DNA from: a bacterium
GTDB lineage: Bacteria > Patescibacteriota > Minisyncoccia > Phycocordibacterales > JAKAEA01
Assembly (NCBI GenBank): GCA_021818465.1
Contig: JAKAEA010000001.1
Location: 375,712-439,711 of the forward strand
Reading direction: 5' to 3'
Length of the DNA: 64,000 bases
Below are positions 1 through 8,795 of the stretch, piece by piece. Positions within the stretch are counted from its first letter, which is position 1, and the number at the start of each line of letters is the position of its first letter. The position numbers and the translations under genes are program-made. A model generated the notes under the pieces. The model did not search any database and had not been told where the DNA came from. It saw only the letters and a program-made list of their open reading frames with translations.

Positions 1-81
1 GCAGATGGCTCCGTTGCGATTCCAGAACTGTTGCAAAAATACATGGGTGGCAAAAAAATTATTGCCCCGAACCTATGTTGA
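1..81 (+). CDS. serS: Seryl-tRNA synthetase, C-terminal end (5' truncated by window edge)
   Basis: Frame 1 translates to ADGSVAIPELLQKYMGGKKIIAPNLC*. This matches the conserved SerRS C-terminus (..ADGxIxVPEVLRPYMGG..). Confidence 0.5.
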   Translation, partial: ADGSVAIPELLQKYMGGKKIIAPNLC

Positions 82-1040
82 GTATAAAAAAAACGCCTCT
101 AAAAAATAGTCGTACAGTACAGCGGCGGCGCTTGGTCATTATTAGCAAAGTAGGCGCGGTACTAATTATTTTGGCGGGATGTTTGTATGGTGTGGCGTGG
201 CTGTGGCGTCAACCTTTTTGGTCTATCAGTAGTGTGGTCGTTTCCGGTATGACCGCCGCCAATAATGCGGTGGTGCACAGTATTGCTGCGGCCGATCTAA
301 GCGGTGCCTATGGTCTGGTCATTTCTAAATCAAACGAACTTGTGTATCCGCAGGGAAAAATTAAACAGGACATTTTGACGGCCTTTCCTCAGATTGCAAC
401 GGTAACGTTTACTCTTACGAACCACGTGCTGTACCTGACGCTTACTGAGCGACACCAAACATATTGGTGGTGCGCCGCTCCTGGGTTTACGCCAGCATTC
501 CCCGATCCAACAACGATACTTACTACGACACACTGTGATCAAATGGATGCACACGGATTTATTTTTAAACCTGTTGGCGATACAGCAACGTCTACTGCAT
601 CTACCACAAGTTCCACGCCACCATTTTTTCGTTTCTATGGTCAGGTGGCAAGTACCAGTTCGTTTGTACTCGGCACGTCGTATATGAATATGCGTGCCAC
701 GTCGTTTAGTGCGCTTGCTGAATTTATTACCACCGTAACAAATCGTGGGTTACCGAGTTATGCGCTCGTCACGCGGCCGGATGGTGTGCGCGAATTGTAT
801 TTGACGGCAGGCGGCATGATTGTATTTGACGCTAACCAAAATCTTGACCAAGTAATACATGATATAGCCGCTCTGCAGGCCACCACATCAATTTTTAATG
901 GAACGACGACGTTGGCCTACGTTGATCTGCGTGTCGGTAACAAAGCATTCTATCGTTTTGGTAGCATCAATAGTTTTTCTAGCAGTTCCATAGCGACTTC
1001 TTCTGCTCTCCACACCATTGCTACGTCCACCGCTGGCTAG
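75..1040 (+). CDS. ftsQ: FtsQ/DivIB-like cell division protein (N-terminal TM plus POTRA-like region)
   Basis: A basic N-terminus is followed by a single TM helix (VGAVLIILAGCLYGVAWLW). Then comes a POTRA-like segment (ISSVVVSGMT..VYPQGKIKQDILTAFPQIATV). Its position next to serS and other envelope genes is consistent. Confidence 0.45.
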   Translation: MLSIKKTPLKNSRTVQRRRLVIISKVGAVLIILAGCLYGVAWLWRQPFWSISSVVVSGMTAANNAVVHSIAAADLSGAYGLVISKSNELVYPQGKIKQDILTAFPQIATVTFTLTNHVLYLTLTERHQTYWWCAAPGFTPAFPDPTTILTTTHCDQMDAHGFIFKPVGDTATSTASTTSSTPPFFRFYGQVASTSSFVLGTSYMNMRATSFSALAEFITTVTNRGLPSYALVTRPDGVRELYLTAGGMIVFDANQNLDQVIHDIAALQATTSIFNGTTTLAYVDLRVGNKAFYRFGSINSFSSSSIATSSALHTIATSTAG

Positions 1041-1495
1041 TGCGCTATACTAGGACGATGGAACGCGCGCTTACCGGTACACTCTCATTGATACCGAGTT
1101 ACCTCTATTGGCACTACCTGAAAGCCTCGCCACGTATCTGGCGACACGTGCATACTGGCGCGTGGTTTTTTTGGAATTTTTTCTCTATTGGTCTTTTGAC
1201 GCGTACGTTTTTTGCGCCGTGGTGGCGTGAGCGAGAACAAACACGTTTTACCGCGGCGACGCTTTTTAGTATTGATGAACTAGCCGACTATGTGTCCAGT
1301 AAACTTATGAATGGCGTGGTGCTGGTATTTGGTGTGATTGTGCGTGGGGTGGTTATTGGTGTGGGACTCTGCGCTGAAGTGGTGCTGTGGAGTGGTGCGG
1401 TGATCTTTTTTGTACTATGGCTCGTGTTGCCTGCCCTCGTTATGTACTTTCTTTTTATTGGTATTGTTTTTGTGGTACGCCCACTACCGCTATGA
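1040..1495 (+). CDS. Small polytopic membrane protein, unknown function
   Basis: Start overlaps the upstream stop in ATGA fashion. There are several hydrophobic helices (LVFGVIVRGVVIGVGLCAEVVLWSGAVIFFVLWLVLPALVMYFLFIGIVFVV). Confidence 0.35.
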   Translation: MRYTRTMERALTGTLSLIPSYLYWHYLKASPRIWRHVHTGAWFFWNFFSIGLLTRTFFAPWWREREQTRFTAATLFSIDELADYVSSKLMNGVVLVFGVIVRGVVIGVGLCAEVVLWSGAVIFFVLWLVLPALVMYFLFIGIVFVVRPLPL

Positions 1496-3906
1496 CTTGG
1501 AAAAATCTTACAAATACATTAGTCGTTACCTATCATCCTGCTCTGGTAGCAGAAAAGGTGGTGTCGTTGACGATGCGTCGCCGGATTCATCGATTACTTA
1601 ATTGGTTAGTAGCGCTCAGCGGTATCGGGGCGATTGTGCTTGCGCCAGCAATAGTGGTGGCGCCGCTGACCGTAGTTGGCATATGGGATATTCGTCTTAT
1701 TGGTTTATTCTTTTTGTGTCTTGTACCGTGGATTATCTCGGCCTGTTTTCGAGCGCTCTACTATTACTATGCTGATGGGCAGTACGTGTTGGCGACCATA
1801 CTGTATCATTCACGTCCCGCGGATCCTGTAGAGGGCTTCCTGCGCAGCAGCGTGGGAAAACTCTCTTTCGCTCGATTGGGAGCGACCACAGATGACGTGG
1901 CCACATTTTTAAAAAATCGTCCGGCGATTATATCGGCATTCGATCTTTCTTTTGTGGATATGGTTGATGTAGTCGGGTATGCTCGTGCACTTTTTTCAAC
2001 AGACGCCGCACTCGGACATTTCATTGCTTCGTATGGAGCAACCGAAGCGGATTTCGTGGCGGCGCTGCAGTGGGTGCTTGAGGATCGAGAACAAGAACTT
2101 GCTCGTGAACGCTGGTGGAGTCGTGAATGGCTCGGTCGTATTCGAGGTATTGGGACAACGTGGCAGTATGGTCGGCTTCCTGATCTGGAAAAATTTTCTC
2201 GTCCTTTGCCGCCGCGGCGTACCACGTTTTATGGCGATAAAGAATTGGTGACGCTTGAAAAACTTTTACGACGTAGTGAACAAGCTAATGCCTTTTTAGT
2301 TGGCGATAATTTGGAAGAAAAACTAGACATTATTGCCGAATTAGCTGGGTTAATTGAGGAAGGCCAGAGTATGCCCGAGCTTGCACATGCCCAGCTCGTT
2401 ATTTTAGATACAGACCTCCTTATTAGTGCCGCTCAAGATATGAGTAGTTTTGAGCAACTGACGCGAACGCTCGGCAATGAAGCTGCGGCAGCTGGCAATG
2501 TCATTTTAGTTTTCCTTGATTTTCCGGCTTTTGTGGCAGCAGGTGAGCGGTACGGTTTGGATATACCTGATATACTAGATCCTTTTTTCACTGCTCCCGA
2601 ATTGCATATTATTGCTGTGGCTGCTGGTCGCGGTTACCATATGCTCACGGAACGTTTTCCAGCGCTGAGTGAACGTTTTGGCGAAGTCTTTTTGGAATCA
2701 ACAGGACCAGCTGGCACGCTGCGCGCACTGCAACGAGAAGCGGTTCGGATGGAGACGCGCACGCCGATATTTTTTACGTACCAAGCCTTGCAAGCCTTGG
2801 TTGAAAGTGGTGATCGCTATATTGTTGCTGGCCTGCAGCCAGAAAAATCTCTCAATCTCTTGCGTGAATTGGTGCCGAATCTAGGCGCGACTGCTGGCCA
2901 CGCTCGTACGATGATACGTCGCGAGGATGTGCAGGATTTTCTGCACACCAAAACTGGCATCCCCATGGGTGCGGTTGATGAGGGTGAACGAGTAAAACTT
3001 TTGCAATTGGAGAAAATTTTACAGCAGCGCATTATTGGCCAAGATGAAGCGGTTCGGGCAGTAGCAGCAGCGGTGCGCCGAGCGCGTTCGGGTATTAATA
3101 ATCCCGACCGGCCATTGGGCTCGTTTCTTTTTTTGGGACCGACGGGCGTCGGTAAAACGGAAACAACCAAGGTTTTGGCCGATGTTTTTTTTGGTCACGG
3201 AGCGACTGGTGGCGAGGCGAGTGTCGAACGTTTAGATATGTCGGAATATGCCAGCGCCGATTCTCTGGAGAAGCTTATTGGTCGCACGGGCGGTGCGCCG
3301 GGTATTTTGGCTGATAGGGTACGCGAACATCCCTATGGCGTATTGCTTCTTGATGAATTTGAAAAAACGACGGCAGAAGTGGAAAATCTTTTTTTGCAAA
3401 TTCTTGATGAAGGATTTTTTTCCGACGGAGAAGGGGAGCGCGTCAATTGTCGCAATTTGCTCATTATTGCCACATCAAACGCTGGTGCCGAACTCATTTG
3501 GGATGCGGTTCGCGAAGGAAAAGATTTATCGCATTCCCGTGAACTTATTTTAGATGCTCTGGTGCACCAAGGCATTTTCCGACCCGAACTGCTCAATCGT
3601 TTTGACGGCGTCATTATTTTTCATCCTTTGGCTGCCGAGCAATTGGGAAAAATTGCTCGCTTGCAATTGGAAAAACTAGCAGCTCGTTTGGCTGACCGCG
3701 GCGTACGGCTTACGGTAACTGATGATCTTGTGCGGTTTGTGGTGCAGTTTGGTATGGATCCAAAATTTGGCGCTCGGCCAATGGCGCGAGCTATACAAAA
3801 TACTGTTGAACAAGCGGTAGCTGACAAAATTATTGCCGGGAATATAAAATCTGGTGACGATGTGGTGTTGTCTATGGCGGATTTAATTGCAGTCCATAAT
3901 GTGTGA
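1492..3906 (+). CDS. Membrane-anchored ClpB/ClpC-like AAA+ ATPase with degenerate first AAA module and intact second module
   Basis: I moved the start to ATG 1492, which overlaps the upstream stop in ATGA fashion; the ORF-track start at 1387 lies inside the previous gene. There are N-terminal TM helices. The D2 module carries GQDEAVRAV..GSFLFLGPTGVGKTE (Walker A), LLLDEFEK (Walker B), IIATSNAG (sensor 1) and RPELLNRFD. In the D1-equivalent region the Walker A is replaced by AFLVGDNLEEK. Confidence 0.7.
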   Translation: MTWKNLTNTLVVTYHPALVAEKVVSLTMRRRIHRLLNWLVALSGIGAIVLAPAIVVAPLTVVGIWDIRLIGLFFLCLVPWIISACFRALYYYYADGQYVLATILYHSRPADPVEGFLRSSVGKLSFARLGATTDDVATFLKNRPAIISAFDLSFVDMVDVVGYARALFSTDAALGHFIASYGATEADFVAALQWVLEDREQELARERWWSREWLGRIRGIGTTWQYGRLPDLEKFSRPLPPRRTTFYGDKELVTLEKLLRRSEQANAFLVGDNLEEKLDIIAELAGLIEEGQSMPELAHAQLVILDTDLLISAAQDMSSFEQLTRTLGNEAAAAGNVILVFLDFPAFVAAGERYGLDIPDILDPFFTAPELHIIAVAAGRGYHMLTERFPALSERFGEVFLESTGPAGTLRALQREAVRMETRTPIFFTYQALQALVESGDRYIVAGLQPEKSLNLLRELVPNLGATAGHARTMIRREDVQDFLHTKTGIPMGAVDEGERVKLLQLEKILQQRIIGQDEAVRAVAAAVRRARSGINNPDRPLGSFLFLGPTGVGKTETTKVLADVFFGHGATGGEASVERLDMSEYASADSLEKLIGRTGGAPGILADRVREHPYGVLLLDEFEKTTAEVENLFLQILDEGFFSDGEGERVNCRNLLIIATSNAGAELIWDAVREGKDLSHSRELILDALVHQGIFRPELLNRFDGVIIFHPLAAEQLGKIARLQLEKLAARLADRGVRLTVTDDLVRFVVQFGMDPKFGARPMARAIQNTVEQAVADKIIAGNIKSGDDVVLSMADLIAVHNV

Positions 3907-3918
3907 TAGGATGGCTGC

Positions 3919-4941
3919 ATGAAATTTTCTGACGCACCCCAGCTCGGCTTTTGGCAACACATACACGAAACAGCGCGGACCCACCAGCGCCCCATTTTTT
4001 CTTTGGCGCCGATGGCTAACGTAACCGATGCCGCATTTCGCACTATTATTGCGGCGCGCGGTAAGCCTGATGTGCTGTGGACGGAATTTGTTTCAGCTGA
4101 TGGTTTGGCTCGAGCCGATGAGCGTGGCCGAGCGAAACTTTTGCGCGACCTGGTGTTTACGGAAGCCGAGCGTCCAATAGTGGCACAATTTTTTACGGCC
4201 ACACCGGAGTATATGGAGCGAGCAGCGGCCCTTGCGGTGACACTCGGATTTGATGGCGTTGATATCAATATGGGATGTCCTGATCGTGCCGTGGAACGTC
4301 AAGGCGCCGGTGCGGCACTCATAAAAACACCAGCGCGAGCGCGCGAAATAATTGCAGCGGCTAAAACAGGAGCGGGGAGTTTGCCGGTTTCTGTTAAAAC
4401 GCGTCTTGGATGGAATACCAATCAACTTGAAACCTGGCTACCAGAACTGCTTGCCGAAGCGCCAGCGGTTATCACCGTGCATGCTCGGACGCGCAAGGAA
4501 ATGTCTAAAGTACCGGCACGGTGGGAAGATCTGCACCGTGCCGTAGAAATTCGCAATAGTATGCAAGCGATGCATGCTCCAGCGGCGCGAACGCTTATTT
4601 TTGGCAACGGTGACGCTCGTGATCTCGTTGACGCTACCGCTAAAGCTGTGGCCAGCGGTGTTGATGGAGTGATGCTGGGGCGGGCTATTTTTGGTAACCC
4701 TTGGCTTTTTTCTGGCAGGAACATTGAAACCATTTCTGTACATGAACGAATCACAACGCTCATAGAGCACATCAAACTGTTCGATACATTGCTCGGTGAT
4801 ATAAAAAGTTTTGCTCTTATGAAAAAACATTTTAAAGCATACATTGCCGGTTGGGATGGTGCCGCACTGCTGCGCGCGCAGTTGATGGAGACTAATCAAT
4901 CAACTGAAGCAATTGCTATATTGACACAAAATATATCTTAG
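3919..4941 (+). CDS. dusB: tRNA-dihydrouridine synthase
   Basis: Contains the Dus-family signature DINMGCPDRAV and the TIM-barrel flavoenzyme pattern (VSVKTRLGW, IFGNGD). Confidence 0.8.
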   Translation: MKFSDAPQLGFWQHIHETARTHQRPIFSLAPMANVTDAAFRTIIAARGKPDVLWTEFVSADGLARADERGRAKLLRDLVFTEAERPIVAQFFTATPEYMERAAALAVTLGFDGVDINMGCPDRAVERQGAGAALIKTPARAREIIAAAKTGAGSLPVSVKTRLGWNTNQLETWLPELLAEAPAVITVHARTRKEMSKVPARWEDLHRAVEIRNSMQAMHAPAARTLIFGNGDARDLVDATAKAVASGVDGVMLGRAIFGNPWLFSGRNIETISVHERITTLIEHIKLFDTLLGDIKSFALMKKHFKAYIAGWDGAALLRAQLMETNQSTEAIAILTQNIS

Positions 4942-4972
4942 TTTAGAATCAATGAAGTCGTTCGGTACCCAG

Positions 4973-5017
4973 CGTTCGGGGTGAGAATTGACGGGTTTTC
5001 TCCGCCCCAACGTTTTT
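4973..5017 (+). terminator. Hairpin plus T5 (first of two tandem terminator-like structures after dus)
   Basis: CGTTCGGGGTGAGAA pairs with TTCTCCGCCCCAACG, allowing G-U pairs and one bulge. TTTTT follows. Confidence 0.45.
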
Positions 5018-5021
5018 CCGA

Positions 5022-5061
5022 GCCGCCTCATGCGTACCTACAACGTGTGAGGCGGTTTTTT
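5022..5061 (+). terminator. Rho-independent terminator
   Basis: Stem GCCGCCTCA / TGAGGCGGT with a 17 nt loop, followed by TTTTTT. Confidence 0.6.
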
Positions 5062-5101
5062 ATATCTTTCCTAAACACAAAAAAATTTCTATAATAGTTA
5101 T

Positions 5102-6133
5102 ATGTCTTCATCACGTTCCACGACTGAAGTAGCGCTCTATCGGAAATATCGGCCGCAATCTTTCGCTGACGTTATTGGTCAAAAGGAAATTGTTACAATT
5201 TTGGAAAAAGTGGTTGCGATGAAAACGCCGGCGCACAGCTATTTGTTTGCCGGCTCGCGCGGCACCGGTAAAACTTCTATTGCGCGTATTTTTGCTAAAG
5301 CACTCGGAGTGACTGGCAACGATGTTTACGAAATGGACGCCGCTTCTAATCGCGGTATCGATGATATTAAAGCGATTCGTGACGGTGTGGCGGTTTCACC
5401 GTTGGAGTCGCCATGGAAAGTTTACATCATTGATGAGGCGCATATGCTCACCAAAGAAGCATGGAATGCGCTTCTAAAAACTTTGGAAGAACCGCCGGCG
5501 CATGTCATTTTTATTCTTGCCACTACCGAGTTTGAAAAAGTGCCTGATACCATTGTGTCTCGTTGCCAAGTTTTTAATTTTAAAAAACCATTGCTGGAGA
5601 CCTTGCGAAAAACAGTTGCCGACGTTGCCAAGCGCGAAAAAACTACGCTCGATCCGGCGGCTGCTGAGCTCATTGCTCTTGTGGGCGATGGATCATTCCG
5701 CGACGCGCTCGGCACGCTGCAAAAGGTGCTCGCTGCGACGTCGGGCAAAATAGCACGGGCCGATGTGGAGGCGGTGACCGGTTCACCGCGCGGTGAACTC
5801 GTGCGTAATTTTGTTGCTGGCTTGGCGGCCCGTGACGCCGCAAAAAGTCTTGCTGCGCTTAACGCTGCCGTCGCCGATACTGTTGATATCGCGCTTTTTA
5901 CCACGCTTGTCTTAAATCTTACTCGGGCTACGTTGCTGTCGCGGGTCGGTTCTCCGGTGCACAGCGACACTCTTTCTGAGGAAGACAAAAAATTTGTTGT
6001 TGCCAATCAACACGCCGCCGGTATCTCTTCTAAAACACTTACTGAATTGCTTGGCGCTGCAGTAGCACTGCGCTCCACACCTATTTCTCAGCTACCTTTA
6101 GAACTTGCCGTCGTGAATATCTGCGCCAATTGA
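5102..6133 (+). CDS. dnaX: DNA polymerase III subunit gamma/tau (short form)
   Basis: YRKYRPQSFADVIGQ, the Walker A GSRGTGKTS, IIDEAHMLT, and a CxxC-less short C-terminus. TATAAT lies 8 nt upstream of the ATG. Confidence 0.85.
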   Translation: MSSSRSTTEVALYRKYRPQSFADVIGQKEIVTILEKVVAMKTPAHSYLFAGSRGTGKTSIARIFAKALGVTGNDVYEMDAASNRGIDDIKAIRDGVAVSPLESPWKVYIIDEAHMLTKEAWNALLKTLEEPPAHVIFILATTEFEKVPDTIVSRCQVFNFKKPLLETLRKTVADVAKREKTTLDPAAAELIALVGDGSFRDALGTLQKVLAATSGKIARADVEAVTGSPRGELVRNFVAGLAARDAAKSLAALNAAVADTVDIALFTTLVLNLTRATLLSRVGSPVHSDTLSEEDKKFVVANQHAAGISSKTLTELLGAAVALRSTPISQLPLELAVVNICAN

Positions 6134-6166
6134 AAAAACATTAGAAACACGCTACTATAAACCCAT

Positions 6167-6240
6167 TGCCGGTTCGTCTAATGGTAGGACACCGCCCTTT
6201 GGAGGCGGGTATTGGGGTTCGAGTCCCTGACCGGCAGCCA
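6167..6240 (+). tRNA. tRNA-Gln (anticodon TTG), CCA encoded
   Basis: Cloverleaf with a 7 bp acceptor stem TGCCGGT/ACCGGCA. Anticodon stem CCGCC/GGCGG with loop CTTTGGA, giving UUG. The backbone is Glu/Gln-type (GTCTAATGGTAGGAC). Confidence 0.7.
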
Positions 6241-6260
6241 ATTATTGTAGAATACCGAAT

Positions 6261-6719
6261 ATGAAGGAAATAACGCTTCATAACCAGTGGGTCATTAAGG
6301 CTCCCGTAGATGATGTGTTTAAGATAATGACGGACTTCGAAAAACTTCCGGAGCGTTTTCCCAAAGTTGCTGAATCAATACGGATTAATAAACAGGAAGG
6401 AAACTACTTGGATATGGAAGCGACCGTAAAGTCGTTTGGTAAAAAATTTAAAGTGAAAATGAAGACGCAGATTCTTCCGGGTAAGGGCTACGTATCCGAT
6501 AATGACAGTTATCAATTTGGAACCTCTGGACACGAGGAGTTCTTGCTTTCTCCGCATACCCAAGGAACGCTGATTGACTACACATACCAAGTTACTATCC
6601 ATAAAAGATGGCTGCGAATAGTTGCTGTGCCGCTCCTGAGATGGTATTCGATGAAATTCTGGGAAAAAGCAGTTATTGATCAGCTTAAAAAGATCCTTGA
6701 AAAACATAACCCTGCTTAA
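6261..6719 (+). CDS. SRPBCC (polyketide cyclase/START-like) family protein
   Basis: About 150 aa. The N-terminal pattern VIKAPVDDVFKIMTDFEKLPERFP is typical of SRPBCC ligand-binding proteins. Confidence 0.45.
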   Translation: MKEITLHNQWVIKAPVDDVFKIMTDFEKLPERFPKVAESIRINKQEGNYLDMEATVKSFGKKFKVKMKTQILPGKGYVSDNDSYQFGTSGHEEFLLSPHTQGTLIDYTYQVTIHKRWLRIVAVPLLRWYSMKFWEKAVIDQLKKILEKHNPA

Positions 6720-6783
6720 TCAGGGCTTAAAACAATTCGGAGACCATCTCGCATCGCCAACCGAGATGGTATGATGGGTTACT

Positions 6784-8088
6784 ATGGATACGAATATGCA
6801 CGACATCATCATAGCTGGGGCGGGGCCGGCGGGGCTGGCGCTGGCTTCTGAGCTCGGCAAGGATTTCAGTGTCATCGTTTTAGAAAAAGGTCAGGCTGGC
6901 ACTACGACGCATTCGTGGTATTCGTTTAGGGATAGAATAGAAGCAGATAATTTGCAAGAAGCAATTGTGGCTACTCCGTCCCGAGTTAGATTTTATATGA
7001 GCGAGCAATCGTCTGTGGCATACCAAGATGACAATGTTGTTTTGGATGCGGATAAGATTTTAAAGATTTTTAAAGACAGAGTAGAGCGCCTTGGTTGTGA
7101 TGTGCGAAGCGATGTTACGGTTAAAGATTTTTCATATATTGCTCAAACAGATAGAAATAAGGGAGGCGTCACGGTCCACACCAACAATGGTGACTTCTCA
7201 GGATGTTTACTCATAGATTGCACGGGTGCTACTTCGCCTATAGTGCTTAAGCGCGGTTTGCAGAAAGATTTTAGAGTATGGGCCCTTTATGGTGTTCAAG
7301 CGGATGCGCCTGCACCTAATCCTGATAGTATTGATTTCGTTAAAATGCCAGAGCGATTTCAGCTCAAAAGCGATACGGGGAATTATATGTTTGGTATATA
7401 TCCCAAAGGTCCAAACAAAAGTGACCTATATCTTTTCGGTTATTACGATACGATAGTGGATCCGCTTATATTAAAGGATATGTTTGAAACGTCCTCGGCC
7501 GAGCTCTATCCCAACATTATCGACAACAAAAAAACCGAGCTCAAAGGTCTTATATATGGAGGCGAACTTAAAAAATATGCTCTCGATAGGGTGTTTTTTT
7601 ACGGAGAAGCTGGTGCTTTGACGCCGCCAGCAATAGGTATGGGATTCAACGAAGTATTACGTACCTACAAAGTCGTGGCTGCCAAAATCAAAGAGCACGT
7701 TATCAAAAATGATCTCGGTGAACGAGCGTTACGTACTATACTCCTTGAACATCGGACAAGCCCCAGTTTTACTTTTTTGGAAGTATGTCAGAGTTATTTC
7801 TTTTATGGCAATACGGCAAAAGAATATGAGAATGGCATTTTAATTCTGAAGAAAGCAGGCGATGAGTTTATGCGGAAGTGGATGAGAAACGAACTTGATG
7901 GGGCTATGGTTAAGAGAGGGCTGGAAGCATTGTTTGAAGTGGTCAGTCCGCACAAATTTCTAAACATGATGCCGTTCAGAGAATGGTTGCCGTTTTTGCG
8001 CAAAACATCACAGATTGTGGAAGGCAGTATAGTCGCCAAAGTTGCATGGTATTTTCATAGAATGGCAAAGAGAAGAAAAAAACATTGA
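6784..8088 (+). CDS. FAD-dependent oxidoreductase (geranylgeranyl reductase / lycopene cyclase-like fold)
   Basis: The N-terminal Rossmann dinucleotide motif DIIIAGAGPAGLALASEL, with a second GD-type motif FFYGEAGALTPP. Confidence 0.55.
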   Translation: MDTNMHDIIIAGAGPAGLALASELGKDFSVIVLEKGQAGTTTHSWYSFRDRIEADNLQEAIVATPSRVRFYMSEQSSVAYQDDNVVLDADKILKIFKDRVERLGCDVRSDVTVKDFSYIAQTDRNKGGVTVHTNNGDFSGCLLIDCTGATSPIVLKRGLQKDFRVWALYGVQADAPAPNPDSIDFVKMPERFQLKSDTGNYMFGIYPKGPNKSDLYLFGYYDTIVDPLILKDMFETSSAELYPNIIDNKKTELKGLIYGGELKKYALDRVFFYGEAGALTPPAIGMGFNEVLRTYKVVAAKIKEHVIKNDLGERALRTILLEHRTSPSFTFLEVCQSYFFYGNTAKEYENGILILKKAGDEFMRKWMRNELDGAMVKRGLEALFEVVSPHKFLNMMPFREWLPFLRKTSQIVEGSIVAKVAWYFHRMAKRRKKH

Positions 8089-8135
8089 TCTGTTTATGGT
8101 ATGAAGTAACCAAATTTGTGGTGTATACTTAACCT

Positions 8136-8720
8136 ATGAATCCAAAAATATCGGGAGTGTTTATATGTACTATAGTAGTAGCTACTTTTATTACAGGTGC
8201 GGTGGCGTATCCACTTGTTCACAGTGTTCGACTAGCGTTTGGTCTTCCGATTACACTCGTAATACTTTGGGGTCTCTGGGCCTTATTACCGGCAATTGAT
8301 CCAATCGCTAAAGGCTTTCCAGGTTTTCGATATGTGTATGATTTTTTTTGGATTCTACTTTCAGCGGTATTAGCCTATGCGTACGCATTGAGTCTTGGCG
8401 CAGCACTTGGATGGCCGGTGAATATATTTCATGCTGTTTTGCCCGCTGTGGCCATGTTGGTGTTTGTTGCTGCCATACTACTGCCGCAGATTCATCGTAA
8501 CTGGTTTTTTGGTATTCGCACACCGTGGACACTTTCTTCAGACGACGTTTGGATGAAGACACACCAATTTGGCCGTCCACTTTTTATTATCGTGGCCGTT
8601 CTTATATATATCAGTACTTTTGTGTCGCGAACATGGAGTATTGGAATTGTTAGCGGATCAATTCTTTTGGCGACCATTGGTATTGTTGCGTACTCGTATT
8701 TTATATTTCGCCGTCACTAG
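8136..8720 (+). CDS. Polytopic membrane protein, unknown function
   Basis: Five to six predicted TM helices and no recognisable catalytic motif. Confidence 0.35.
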   Translation: MNPKISGVFICTIVVATFITGAVAYPLVHSVRLAFGLPITLVILWGLWALLPAIDPIAKGFPGFRYVYDFFWILLSAVLAYAYALSLGAALGWPVNIFHAVLPAVAMLVFVAAILLPQIHRNWFFGIRTPWTLSSDDVWMKTHQFGRPLFIIVAVLIYISTFVSRTWSIGIVSGSILLATIGIVAYSYFIFRRH

Positions 8721-8743
8721 AGTGTCAGCTATATCGCATATAT

Positions 8744-8780
8744 AAAAACCCTTCTCTGATAATTATCAGAGAAGGGTTTT
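8744..8780. terminator. Bidirectional rho-independent terminator between convergent genes
   Basis: AAAAA, then CCCTTCTCTGAT, loop AATT, ATCAGAGAAGGG, then TTTT. A perfect 12 bp stem flanked by A-run and T-run. Confidence 0.7.
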
Positions 8781-8795
8781 GAATAATTGAAACTT

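Noticed and set aside
1387-1491. ORF-track start at 1387 for the Clp-like gene.
   Set aside because: It overlaps the preceding membrane-protein gene by 105 nt in another frame. ATG 1492 gives the common ATGA stop/start overlap and begins just before the first TM helix.
4942-5101. SRP RNA (ffs) upstream of dnaX.
   Set aside because: This position is typical for ffs, but neither strand has the conserved domain-IV GGAAGCAGC / GNRA-apex signature. The region is better explained as two terminator hairpins.
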